A stretch of 64,000 nucleotides of DNA, taken from an uncultured Gemmatimonadales bacterium. Its GTDB lineage: Bacteria; Gemmatimonadota; Gemmatimonadetes; Longimicrobiales; RSA9. A program made the translations under genes and the position numbers. Numbering within the stretch: position 1 is the first letter of the stretch; every line of letters begins with the position of its first letter. Location of the stretch: NCBI GenBank assembly GCA_963783305.1, contig CAWAMW010000016.1, positions 64,001-128,000 on the forward strand. The letters run 5' to 3'. The notes under the pieces were generated by a model that was given only the letters and a program-made list of their open reading frames with translations, was not told the origin of the DNA and made no database searches. Positions 19,897-29,120 of the stretch are shown piece after piece.

Positions 19897-21060
19897 TCAC
19901 ACCGACTCGAGCTGCTTCTCCCTCACATTCACCACGATCCTGCTCAGGGCCGTGAGGATCGCGAAGCCAAACGCATACACCCCCACGGTTACGGCGACCT
20001 CCACGAGCGTCGGCGCGTACTCGGTCACCTCGCCCAGCGGCGAGGGGATGAACCCACCTACGACCAGCCCCATCCCCTTCTCGATCCAGATGGCGATGAT
20101 CACGGCCACGGCGGTCGTTGCGAGCAGCCCCTCCCGCCGGCGCGTGGCCGGTGTGACGAGGAGGGCGACGCAGACGACGGTCAGAACGGCGTTGGTCCAC
20201 ATCCACGGGACGAGGTTGGTGTGCCCCTCGAGCCCGATGTAGAGGTACTGGAAGGTCTGGACGTGGTGCGGCATGTCGCTGTAGAGGCCGGTGAAGAGCT
20301 CCACCCCCACGAAGAACAGGTTCAGCGCCATGGCGTAGGCGACGATCACCGCCAGCTTCCGGATGGCCGTCCAGCCCACGTCGAAGCGGGTGGTGTGGCG
20401 CAGCAGCAGGGCGAGCAGGATCAGGAGGCTGGGCCCCGAGGCGAACGCCGACGCCAGGAACCGGGGCGCCAGGATCGCGGTCATCCAGAAGCTGCGCGCT
20501 TCCAGGCCGGAATAGAGGAACGCGGTGACCGTGTGGATGCTCACCGCCCACGGGATCGACAGGTAGATGAGCGGCTTTATCCAGGCGGGGGGCGGCCCGT
20601 CCTTCCGCTCGGCGTCGAAGGTGACGGACCCGATCACCAGGTTCAGGATCAGGTAGCCGAAGAGGACGACGCTGTCCCAGAACATGACCGAGTTGAGCGT
20701 GGGGTGCAGGAACATGTTCAGCACGCGTTCCGGGCGGCCCATGTCCACGAAGATGAAGACCATGCACATGAGGACGGCGGAGACCGCCAGGAACTCGCCG
20801 AGGATCACCAGCCTGCCGAAGGCCTTGTAGTCGTGGAGGTAGTAGGGCAGCACCACCATGACGGCGGACGCGGCCACGCCCACGAGGAAGGTGAACTGGG
20901 CGATATAGAGGCCCCAGGTGACGTCGCGGTTCATGCCGGTGACGCCGAGCCCCTCCGTGAACTGCTGGCCGTAGGCCAGCGCGCCCATGGCCATGAGGAT
21001 CGCCCAGACCCCCATGAGGGCCCAGTACCTCTTGCCGCCTCTGAACGCCGCTTCCAGCAT
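19897..21060 (-). CDS. dsrP: DsrP, NrfD/PsrC-family membrane subunit
   Basis: GLGVTGMNRDVTWGLYIAQFTFLVGVAA, SIHTVTAF, PRFLASAF. Confidence 0.95.
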   Translation of the reverse strand: MLEAAFRGGKRYWALMGVWAILMAMGALAYGQQFTEGLGVTGMNRDVTWGLYIAQFTFLVGVAASAVMVVLPYYLHDYKAFGRLVILGEFLAVSAVLMCMVFIFVDMGRPERVLNMFLHPTLNSVMFWDSVVLFGYLILNLVIGSVTFDAERKDGPPPAWIKPLIYLSIPWAVSIHTVTAFLYSGLEARSFWMTAILAPRFLASAFASGPSLLILLALLLRHTTRFDVGWTAIRKLAVIVAYAMALNLFFVGVELFTGLYSDMPHHVQTFQYLYIGLEGHTNLVPWMWTNAVLTVVCVALLVTPATRRREGLLATTAVAVIIAIWIEKGMGLVVGGFIPSPLGEVTEYAPTLVEVAVTVGVYAFGFAILTALSRIVVNVREKQLESV

Positions 21061-21093
21061 GTCACTCCCTCACTCGCCGCCGATCGGCGGGAT

Positions 21094-21954
21094 TCACACG
21101 ACGTAGTAGACCTTCGGTCCGGTCCCCAGCTCGGGGCGTCGGACCATGGACGACCGCTCCCTCAGGATCCGGCTCACCTCCGACTCCGGGTCCCCCAGGT
21201 CACCGAACACCAGCGCACCCGCACCGCCCTCCACTCCGGCGGCGGCCTCTACGCACGCCGGCTGAAGCCCGTCCCGAAGCCGCTCCGCGCAGAAGTTGCA
21301 CTTCTCCACCACGCCCCGGGTGCGGGTGGGGAAGTCGGAGAGGAGCGCGCCCGCGTCGTCGGTCTCGATGAAGGGGCGCGGGTCGCGCCAGTTGAAGCTC
21401 CGGGAGCCGTAGGGGCAGGCGGCCATGCAGTAGCGGCAGCCGATGCACCGGTGCATGTCCATCATCACAATGCCGTCCGACGCGCGCTTCCAGGTGGCCT
21501 GGGTGGGACACACCCGGACGCACGGCGGGCTCTCGCAGTGGTTGCACATCACGAGGACCGGCGCGGTGCGGGTCTCCTCGGGGGTGCGATCGTGTACCCG
21601 CTCGGGGAAGACGTGGCCGTACTCCGCGCTCCACACCCACTTCACCTCGTCCTGCGGGTCGGGGACGCGGGGGATGTTGTGCGCGCGCCGGCAGGCGTCG
21701 ATCACCGTCGTCCGGACCGGCTCGGCCGAGCACTTGTCGACGTCCACGACCATGGCCAGCTGCCGCCCGGCGCCCGGCGCCGCGGCCGCTCCGCCCGCGG
21801 CGCCCGCGGCGTCCGCGTGCGCCTGGAGCGCCTCGGCCCCGTCGCACGCCGTGAGCAGCGGGAGCGCCCAGCCGGCGCCCAGGGCGACGCCCGACTCCTT
21901 CAGGAAACGCCGGCGGCTCCGGCCGCCCCCGCTCGTGGCGTCAGGGCTCGACAT
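21094..21954 (-). CDS. dsrO: DsrO, Tat-exported 4Fe-4S protein
   Basis: SRRRFLK Tat motif; CNHCESPPCVRVCPT, CIGCRYCMAACPY, VEKCNFC, LGTGPKVYY. Confidence 0.95.
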   Translation of the reverse strand: MSSPDATSGGGRSRRRFLKESGVALGAGWALPLLTACDGAEALQAHADAAGAAGGAAAAPGAGRQLAMVVDVDKCSAEPVRTTVIDACRRAHNIPRVPDPQDEVKWVWSAEYGHVFPERVHDRTPEETRTAPVLVMCNHCESPPCVRVCPTQATWKRASDGIVMMDMHRCIGCRYCMAACPYGSRSFNWRDPRPFIETDDAGALLSDFPTRTRGVVEKCNFCAERLRDGLQPACVEAAAGVEGGAGALVFGDLGDPESEVSRILRERSSMVRRPELGTGPKVYYVV

Positions 21955-22312
21955 GGCACTCCCAGCAGGTGGGGCCCACATCCGCGTACTCGTGGCAGCG
22001 GACGCAGAACGTCTGGCGATCGTTGTGGCACCCCATGCAGGTGCCGGTGAGGCTGATGGCGTGCACGGCTCCGGTGGACGACGTGTACTCCGTCGCACCC
22101 TCCCGGACGGCGGCCTGGCGCCAGGCGCCCAGGAGCGCGGGGTGGTGGGCACGCATGTACTCCGCGCTCTCCACGCACTCCGTCTCGGCGGCGGGATAGA
22201 CCAGCTCGGGGGCCGCGCCCTCCGCGCGGGTCAGCGTGCCGTACCACGCGGGGAAGAGGGCGAGCGCGACGAAGACGCCGAGGCCCGTGTAGATCCAGGT
22301 GCGGTCGCTCAT
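21941..22312 (-). CDS. dsrJ: DsrJ, triheme cytochrome c
   Basis: N-terminal TM; CVES...MR; CMGCH, CVRCH, CWECH. Confidence 0.93.
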   Translation of the reverse strand: MSDRTWIYTGLGVFVALALFPAWYGTLTRAEGAAPELVYPAAETECVESAEYMRAHHPALLGAWRQAAVREGATEYTSSTGAVHAISLTGTCMGCHNDRQTFCVRCHEYADVGPTCWECHVEP

Positions 22313-24030
22313 GAGAGCCCTCCCGCCGGTACCGGCTCGGCTTCGGTGGTGGCGGGCACCGGCGGGCTCGCGGGCGGGCTCGTGGGCGGGCTCTCGGCGG
22401 GCAGCTCTTCCGGCGCCTCCCGCCCCGGGATCGGCTCGAGCCGGAGGTCGTGCGTCCGCGGCCCCTCGCCCTTCAGCACCAGTGCGTTGGCCACCAGCTC
22501 GCTGATGCCCGTCACCTCGACGCCGGGCGCCCAGTAGTCACAGACCGTGACGAGGGTCGCGCGGTCGATGGCGCACATGGCCGCCAGCCGGTTCACGTCG
22601 TGCTTCTCCTGGACGTGCTTGACCGCGAGACCGCGGGGCATGCCGCCGCGGAGCCGCACCTCCATGTTCTCGTCGGTGCCGAGACCGGCGCCGCCGCCGC
22701 AGCAGAAGGTCTGCTCCCGGATCGTGTTCTCGGGCATCTCGTGGAAGTGGTTGCAGACCGCGTTCAGCACGTAGCGCGGCTCCTCGAAGATCCCCATGGC
22801 CCGGGCGGGGTTGCAGGAGTCGTGGAACGTCACGCGGAGGTGGTCGTTCCGCGACGGCTCCAGCTCGAGCTTGTCGTGGCGGATGGCGTCGGCCAGGAAC
22901 TCCATGAGGTGGACCATCTTGGTGGAGCGCGCGTTCTCGAAGACGGTCCCCGTGAGGGGCGACGTGGGGACCTCGAGGAAGTCGGCGGGTCCGTTCACCG
23001 TGTCCATGTACTGGTTCACGACGCGCCACATGTGGCCGCACTCGCCGCCCAGGATCCACTTCACCTTCAGCCGCTTCGCCTCCGTGTACATCTTCGCGTT
23101 GAGGCGCTTGATCATCTCGTGGGAGGTGAAGAGGCCGAAGTTGCCGCCCTCGCTGGCGTAGGTGCTCCAGGTGTAGTCGATCCCCAGCTCGTGGAAGAGG
23201 ACCATGTACGCCATGCAGGTATAGATGCCGGGGGCCGCCACGTAGTCGCCGGAGGGGGTGACGAAGAGGATCTCGGCGCCCTTCCTGTTGATGGGCAGGT
23301 CCACGCGGATGCCGGTGGCCTCCTCAATGTCGTCCACCATGAACTCCAGGGTGTCCACCAGACCGTGCGGCTGGATCCCCAGGTGGTTTCCCGTGCGGAA
23401 GCAGTTGGCCGCCGGCTCGATGATCCAGTTCACGTAGAGCCCGAGCAGACCCAGCAGCTCCCGGCCCATCATGGTGATCTCGGCCGTGTCAATGCCGTAG
23501 GGGCAGAACACGCTGCAGCGACGGCACTCCGTGCACTGGTAGAAGTAGTAGAACCACTCCTTGATCACGTCCTCCGTCAGCGTGCGGCCGCCCGCCAGCT
23601 CCCCGAAGATCTTCCCCATGGCGGTGAAGTCCTTCCGGTAGATGGAGCGGAGCAGCTCGGCGCGGACCACGGGCATGTTCTTCGGGTCCCCGCTGCCGAG
23701 GAAGAAGTGGCACTTGTCGGCGCACGCGCCGCAGCGGACGCAGGTGTCCATGAAGAGCTTGAAGCTGCGGTACTTCTTCAGCCGCTCGGCCATCCCGTCG
23801 AGGATGATCCGCTGCCAGTCGTGGGGCAGCTGCCAGTCGACGTCCGTAACCGCCCACTCCCGCGGGTTCGGCAGACCCAGATACTCCAGGTGACGGGGCT
23901 TGCCGGGGTAGATGAAGGTCCCGGGCCGCAGGTCCGTGGGCGTCTCCTGCCACGGCGTGGCCGGCGGGCGCCAGTCCACGCCCAGCAGCGCCTGCTTGTC
24001 GTAGTAGTCGGGCTCGTCGAAGCGTGCCAT
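22309..24030 (-). CDS. dsrK: DsrK
   Basis: Start MARFDEPDYY; CVRCGACADKC, CTECRRCSVFCPYGID, GECGH, FHDSCN, CCGGG. Confidence 0.96.
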   Translation of the reverse strand: MARFDEPDYYDKQALLGVDWRPPATPWQETPTDLRPGTFIYPGKPRHLEYLGLPNPREWAVTDVDWQLPHDWQRIILDGMAERLKKYRSFKLFMDTCVRCGACADKCHFFLGSGDPKNMPVVRAELLRSIYRKDFTAMGKIFGELAGGRTLTEDVIKEWFYYFYQCTECRRCSVFCPYGIDTAEITMMGRELLGLLGLYVNWIIEPAANCFRTGNHLGIQPHGLVDTLEFMVDDIEEATGIRVDLPINRKGAEILFVTPSGDYVAAPGIYTCMAYMVLFHELGIDYTWSTYASEGGNFGLFTSHEMIKRLNAKMYTEAKRLKVKWILGGECGHMWRVVNQYMDTVNGPADFLEVPTSPLTGTVFENARSTKMVHLMEFLADAIRHDKLELEPSRNDHLRVTFHDSCNPARAMGIFEEPRYVLNAVCNHFHEMPENTIREQTFCCGGGAGLGTDENMEVRLRGGMPRGLAVKHVQEKHDVNRLAAMCAIDRATLVTVCDYWAPGVEVTGISELVANALVLKGEGPRTHDLRLEPIPGREAPEELPAESPPTSPPASPPVPATTEAEPVPAGGLS

Positions 24031-24032
24031 GG

Positions 24033-25040
24033 CTATTCCTTCTCCACCGGGAGGCCGGCGCCGACCATCTTGTCCCTGAACTCCTCCTCGTACTCTTCGT
24101 AGCCGTGCACGTGGACCGGGTGGTCCCACGGGTTCACGTGCCGCACCGCGCGGTTGTTGTTCGGGAGGTTGCGCGTGGGACTGAGGAAGACGCCCGCCAT
24201 GTGGACGAGCTTGCTGAACGGGAAGTAGGCCAGGAGCACGGACGCCAGGAACAGGTGTCCGAAGAAGAGGGGCGCGATCCCGTCCGGCACCACGGGGTCG
24301 AAGTGCACGAGCCCGAGTGCCAGCTCCTTGATCGCCACCACGTCCGTGTGCGCCAGGTGCCGGAGCCAGAACCCGCTGAGCCCGATCCCCAGGAGCAGGA
24401 AGAGGGGGAAGTAGTCGTTCGGGAGCGAGATGTAGCGCACCTGGGCGTGGGCGAGCCGCCGGTAGAGCAGGTAGCTGGTGCCGAGCAGGAAGAGCACGGT
24501 CGTGATGTAGACTGTGGGCAGCCCCACCTGGACGAAGCCGTCCACGGCGGCCACGCCGGTGACGAGCGCCGGCACGGGTTCGGTGAAGAAGCGGAGGTGC
24601 CGGATCAGGATGAAGAGGAGCGACCAGTGCATGGCCATGGCGGCCGCCCAGAGCGTGAGCGAGGTGCCGTAGACCAGTCGGTCCCCGTTCACCATCGCCG
24701 CGCGGGTGTTCTTGAGGAGCGATCGGAAGACCAGCACCTCGAGCGCCACCCGGCCCGCCGCGCCCAGACGGCTGTGCGGGTTGTCGAGGCGGGCGTGCCG
24801 GATCCACGGCAGCGACTTCTGCTGACCGCTGGTCGTGGTGATCCGGAACGGCACGGGCACCCGCGCCCAGCCGAGCACCCGGTGGACCAGCCCCGCCAGG
24901 AAGAGGAAAATGGCGAGGTACGGGATCACGACGCCCAGGAGGAACCCCAGGCCGAGGGAAGCGCCCACCAGGGCGATCCCGAACAGCGTCGAGACGACCA
25001 CCAGGGGAAGCAGGACCTTCGTGAGCGGGCCGGCCGTCAT
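24033..25040 (-). CDS. dsrM: DsrM, b-type cytochrome membrane subunit
   Basis: PVPFRITTTSGQQKSL, HWSLLFILIRH, YFPFSKLVH, PTRNLPNNNR. Confidence 0.96.
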   Translation of the reverse strand: MTAGPLTKVLLPLVVVSTLFGIALVGASLGLGFLLGVVIPYLAIFLFLAGLVHRVLGWARVPVPFRITTTSGQQKSLPWIRHARLDNPHSRLGAAGRVALEVLVFRSLLKNTRAAMVNGDRLVYGTSLTLWAAAMAMHWSLLFILIRHLRFFTEPVPALVTGVAAVDGFVQVGLPTVYITTVLFLLGTSYLLYRRLAHAQVRYISLPNDYFPLFLLLGIGLSGFWLRHLAHTDVVAIKELALGLVHFDPVVPDGIAPLFFGHLFLASVLLAYFPFSKLVHMAGVFLSPTRNLPNNNRAVRHVNPWDHPVHVHGYEEYEEEFRDKMVGAGLPVEKE

Positions 25041-25633
25041 CGGGAATCCTCCATTCGCGCGTGCGTGCGTGCACGCGATCCCTGGATCTGCACGGGCACC
25101 TGCCCTGGCTCGCTCGCGGAGTCCGTGGAGGCCGCGACCCCGTTCAGCCGGTCCACGATCCAGCCGACGTGTCGCCGCATCTCGCTCACCCTGAGCTGCG
25201 CCAGCTCCTCGCGGAGCGAGACATAGACGTCGAACGCCACGAGGGCGAGGTGATCGACCCGGTCCTCGAACGCGCGGAGCTCGCCGGGGTCGACGTCGGT
25301 GCCATCGTCCGCGGCCAGACGGGCGCGAACAATGGACTTCAGCTCGAGGACGAAGCCCACTGCGGTGGACGGTGCGATCTGCTGCACGGCCCGGATCCGG
25401 AGCATCTCGGAGAGCGGTGCGGCCAACGCCGGTGTGATTGGGTCGCCCGCGGCGAGAGAGCGGAAGAGCGCGCGGGTACCCTGCCGTACGGAATGTCCAA
25501 TCGGGTTGGCGAACCGGTCGGTGGGTCGGCGGAGCAGCGCGCCGCCCTCGGCCGGGTAGGCCGCCAGGACGCGGTCGAGCCAGAGCTCGACCATCGTGTC
25601 CTCCCGTTCCTCCAGTAGCTGTCGCAGCATCAT
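25037..25633 (-). CDS. dsrT: DsrT (RsbRD N-terminal domain family)
   Basis: DRFANPIG, IRAVQ, AFDVYVSLREELAQLRVSE; directly upstream of dsrM. Confidence 0.88.
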   Translation of the reverse strand: MMLRQLLEEREDTMVELWLDRVLAAYPAEGGALLRRPTDRFANPIGHSVRQGTRALFRSLAAGDPITPALAAPLSEMLRIRAVQQIAPSTAVGFVLELKSIVRARLAADDGTDVDPGELRAFEDRVDHLALVAFDVYVSLREELAQLRVSEMRRHVGWIVDRLNGVAASTDSASEPGQVPVQIQGSRARTHARMEDSR

Positions 25634-25755
25634 GACCTCGGCGCGCCGCTTGTCGAGCGCGCATCCTTCGTTCGGCCGGCTCCCGCGCCGGCATGGGAAC
25701 ACCAGCGCCGTGGCCGGCCGGCCGCGCGTCGAGGCGCGGTCGGCCGGCTATGGCG

Positions 25756-26073
25756 TCAGACGCAGCCCGTGGGCTTCGGCAGGCCCGCCACCTTGCAGGC
25801 GCCCTTCGCCGGTCCACTGGGGAAGAGGTCGTAGATCTCCTTGAGCTTGAAGTCCGTCTCCTTGCAGAGCTTGCGGACCATGGGAGCCATGTTGTACTCG
25901 AGGTAGTAGTTCCGGAGGTAGTTCACGACCCTCCAGTGCTGCTCGGTCAGCACCTCGACCGCCTCGGTCTTCGCCAGGTCCGCTGCGACGGCCTCGTCCC
26001 AGCCGGCCGGGTCCTGGATGAACCCGTCCTCGTCGATGTCGAGTAGCTTCCCACCCAATTGCACCTGTGCCAT
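25756..26073 (-). CDS. dsrC: DsrC sulfur carrier
   Basis: DEDGFI, LTEQHW, LFPSGPAKGACKVAGLPKPTGCV; both C-terminal Cys present (CX10C). Confidence 0.97.
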   Translation of the reverse strand: MAQVQLGGKLLDIDEDGFIQDPAGWDEAVAADLAKTEAVEVLTEQHWRVVNYLRNYYLEYNMAPMVRKLCKETDFKLKEIYDLFPSGPAKGACKVAGLPKPTGCV

Positions 26074-26144
26074 CGATCCCTCCGTTGCTGAGCCGCTCGC
26101 GCGACTCCTGAGTTCCCGGCTGCTGCACGCAGCCGCGGCTGCCT

Positions 26145-26537
26145 TCAGGCGAACTCCAGCTCCACACGCGGGCCGCACTGGAGCGTCGCGGGAACGGGGA
26201 ACCGCGAGGCCAGGCCTCGCAGCTCCTCCCGCGCCGACTCCGGCACATCCTCCGGGAGCTCCACGTCCACGACGAAGCTCGACACCCGCTTCGGGTCCTG
26301 GACCAGCTCCGCGGTGAGGCTCACACCCACGTCCCCCCGGGTGTAGCCGTGCTCGGTGCAGTACTTCTGGACCATGATGGCCAGGCAGCCGCCCAGCGCG
26401 GCCGCCAGCAGCTCCACCGGGTTCAACCCGCCATCCGCGCCCCCCTCCGCCGCCGACATGTCGGTGACGATCCGGTGGTCGCGGAGCCCGATGGTGAAGG
26501 CCAGACCTTCCCGCCTCGTTACGGTCAACAGGTCCAT
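26145..26537 (-). CDS. OsmC-family protein
   Basis: TD..EGGADGGLNPVELLAAALGGC motif; second motif reads FPVPATL. Confidence 0.85.
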   Translation of the reverse strand: MDLLTVTRREGLAFTIGLRDHRIVTDMSAAEGGADGGLNPVELLAAALGGCLAIMVQKYCTEHGYTRGDVGVSLTAELVQDPKRVSSFVVDVELPEDVPESAREELRGLASRFPVPATLQCGPRVELEFA

Positions 26538-26553
26538 GATTCGATCCCTTCCG

Positions 26554-27816
26554 CTACTTCGCCGCCGTCCCCGTGGCGGCGCCGTGAAGCTTGACTTCCA
26601 CCTTCTCCTCCAGCGTGTCGTAGAACGCACGCAGGTGCTCGATCACCTCCGGCTTGCTGAACTGCGTTGGCACCGGCTTGCCCTCGGACATGAGCTTCCG
26701 GAGCATGGTGCCGGAGAGGAGGAGACGGGCGCCGGAGACGTAGTTCCCGTCGTCGTCGATGATGGCCTTGGACTCGTGCGGGCACGTCTTCATGGAGGCC
26801 ATCTCGCCGCACTCGTAGCAGTAGAACGTCCAGTCCATCTTCAGCGGCTGGGTCAACAGCCCGCCCTCCGGGATCTCGTTGAAGATCTCCTGGGCGTCGA
26901 ACGGGCCGTAGTAGTCGCCCACACCGGCGTGGTCGCGGCCCACGATCAGGTGCGAGCAGCCGTAGTTCTGGCGGAAGAGCGCGTGCAGCAGCGCCTCACG
27001 CGGCCCCGCGTACCGCATATCGAGCGGATAGCCGCCCTGCACGACGCGCTCGGGCCGGAAGTAGTTCTGGACCAGCGCGTCGATGCACTTCACCCGCGTC
27101 TCGGCCGGGATGTCGCCGGGCTTGAGCGCGCCCAGCAGCTGGTGGATGTACACGCCGTCGGTCACCTCGATGGCGACCTTGGCCAGGTACGCGTGGGACT
27201 GGTGCATGGGGTTGCGAAGCTGCAGCGCCGCCACCGTGTGCCAGCCCCGCTCCTCGAAGATCGCCCGCGCGTCGGCCGGCCTCTGGTAGATCCCCGCGAA
27301 CTCCGTGGGGAAGTTGCCCTCGCTCAGAACCTGGATCGGCCCGCCAATGTTCACGTCGCGCTGGGCCATGACCTGCGCCACACCGGGGTGCTCGGTGTCC
27401 GTGGTGCGGAAGACCTCCCGGCACTCCAGCTCCCGGTCGATGGTGTACTTCTCCCGTACCGTCATGATCGCCATGACGACGCCCGTCTCCTCGTCGAAGA
27501 GGGTGACCTCCTCGCCATCCTGGAGCTGGTCGGCGACCTCCTTCGTGACCGACATGGTCACCGGGATCGGCCAGAACGTGCCGTCCGCCAGCCGCATCTC
27601 GGTGACGGCGCCCTTCCAGTCGTCGTGGCCCATGAATCCGTAGAGAGGCGTGAAGCCGCCGATCCCCATCATGATCGCGTCCCCGACCTCGCGGGACGTC
27701 ATGGGGATCTTCCGCAGCATCTCCGCCCGGTTCTGCGCGTCGCGCAGCTCGTCGCCCTCCAGCATCAGGGGCTTGAGCACCCCGTCCTTGCCGTGTGGCT
27801 TCACCAGCTGAGACAT
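26554..27816 (-). CDS. sat: Sulfate adenylyltransferase
   Basis: [42 protein letters not shown]. Confidence 0.98.
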   Translation of the reverse strand: MSQLVKPHGKDGVLKPLMLEGDELRDAQNRAEMLRKIPMTSREVGDAIMMGIGGFTPLYGFMGHDDWKGAVTEMRLADGTFWPIPVTMSVTKEVADQLQDGEEVTLFDEETGVVMAIMTVREKYTIDRELECREVFRTTDTEHPGVAQVMAQRDVNIGGPIQVLSEGNFPTEFAGIYQRPADARAIFEERGWHTVAALQLRNPMHQSHAYLAKVAIEVTDGVYIHQLLGALKPGDIPAETRVKCIDALVQNYFRPERVVQGGYPLDMRYAGPREALLHALFRQNYGCSHLIVGRDHAGVGDYYGPFDAQEIFNEIPEGGLLTQPLKMDWTFYCYECGEMASMKTCPHESKAIIDDDGNYVSGARLLLSGTMLRKLMSEGKPVPTQFSKPEVIEHLRAFYDTLEEKVEVKLHGAATGTAAK

Positions 27817-27890
27817 GAATCCGTTCCTCTCTCGGGCCTCGATCGGCCCGTGCAGTGTCGGGGGCCGCGGCGCGGCCCCGGTCTAGCGCA

Positions 27891-29108
27891 TCACCCGTTC
27901 GCCCCCGCGAGCCGCACCGGCCGCGCGTGCGCGACACGGTCGGTCTGCACGGCGTACGTCATGGCCAGCGTGCGGTACCACATGTGGGCGAACTTCGAGT
28001 ACGGCAGGTACACCAACAGCCCGAACACCAGGACGAGGTGCGCGAAGTAGACGACGTAGGCCGTGTACTCCACGGTGCCCATGGTTTCCGGGGTCACCAC
28101 GAACCGGAACACCTGGGTGGCGAAGCCCGTCACGCCGACCCAGAAGAGGAGCCCGATGAAGGTCCAGTCGAACGGCGTGCTCCGGTGCTTTCCGTCCGTC
28201 GGGGCATTCAGGCGGTCCAGAATCGCCTTGCCCGTTCCCACGATCAGGATGACCCCGCCGATATTGGCGAGGATCTTCATGGGGTGGAGGAGGTCGAACG
28301 GGTACAGGCTCGCGACCCCCACCATGGGCATGAAGTACAGGTCCACCACGGCCCACACCGTGACCACGAAGAGGGCGAGGAACCCGTAGAACGCGAGCAT
28401 GTGGGCGAGCTTCCGCTGCTTCTGGTCCCCGCAGTTCCCGAAGCGCCGGTGGAGGAAGATGTCCCCCAGCGCGACGGCAAGGCTCGGCAGGAAGCTCCCT
28501 TGGGCTGCCGCCCTCCCGGCGACCGCGTCCTGCGCCTTCATCCCCGACCAGAAGCGGGTAAGACCGCCGATCAGCCCGACGAACGCCAGGAGCGTGAACG
28601 AGGTGTAGAACCCGATGAGCAGCCAGTGCGGGAACAGTTGAGCGTAAAACGCCTCGTGGCCGCCGTGCAGTCCCAGCGCGTTGGCCAGCGGGTCCCGCAC
28701 CAGGAGCGCGGCCGCGAGCAGCAGCGCGGGAACGAGCAGCAGCATGAAGGGCGTGGCACGAACGGAGTTCACCCACCGCGCGACGGCCTGCGGGATCGCA
28801 TAATGCTCGATGGTCTGCTGCCGGATCGCCGCGAGCACGTCCCCCGGCCGCGCACCCCGGGGACAGCGCATCGAGCAGTCGTTGCACTGGTGGCAGAGCC
28901 AAATGTCGGGGTCCGCCACCAGCTTCTCCTTCAGACCCCACTGCGCCCAGAGCATCTCCTTGCGGGGGAACGCGTTAGTCTCGCACGCCAGCTCGCAGAC
29001 CACCGAGCAGGTGGCGCACTGGAAGCACTTCTTCAGGTCGCCCCCGCCCGACGCCATCACCGCTTCGACGAACTCCCGATCCGGACGCATCGCCACAGCC
29101 TGGGACAT
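27891..29108 (-). CDS. qmoC: QmoC
   Basis: CFQCATCSVVC, CHQCNDCSMRCPRGA followed by TM helices and PYSKFAH. Confidence 0.95.
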   Translation of the reverse strand: MSQAVAMRPDREFVEAVMASGGGDLKKCFQCATCSVVCELACETNAFPRKEMLWAQWGLKEKLVADPDIWLCHQCNDCSMRCPRGARPGDVLAAIRQQTIEHYAIPQAVARWVNSVRATPFMLLLVPALLLAAALLVRDPLANALGLHGGHEAFYAQLFPHWLLIGFYTSFTLLAFVGLIGGLTRFWSGMKAQDAVAGRAAAQGSFLPSLAVALGDIFLHRRFGNCGDQKQRKLAHMLAFYGFLALFVVTVWAVVDLYFMPMVGVASLYPFDLLHPMKILANIGGVILIVGTGKAILDRLNAPTDGKHRSTPFDWTFIGLLFWVGVTGFATQVFRFVVTPETMGTVEYTAYVVYFAHLVLVFGLLVYLPYSKFAHMWYRTLAMTYAVQTDRVAHARPVRLAGANG

Positions 29109-29120
29109 GGATCCCCTCCT

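Noticed and set aside
22555..22585. DsrK C-terminal motif reads CAID rather than CxxC
   Set aside because: I recall this variant in other genuine DsrK proteins and cannot show it is unusual without an alignment.
22309..25074. 921-aa ORF that looks like an extended DsrK or a DsrM-K fusion
   Set aside because: The upstream part is an off-frame read of dsrM; DsrK starts at ATG 24030 with its own RBS.
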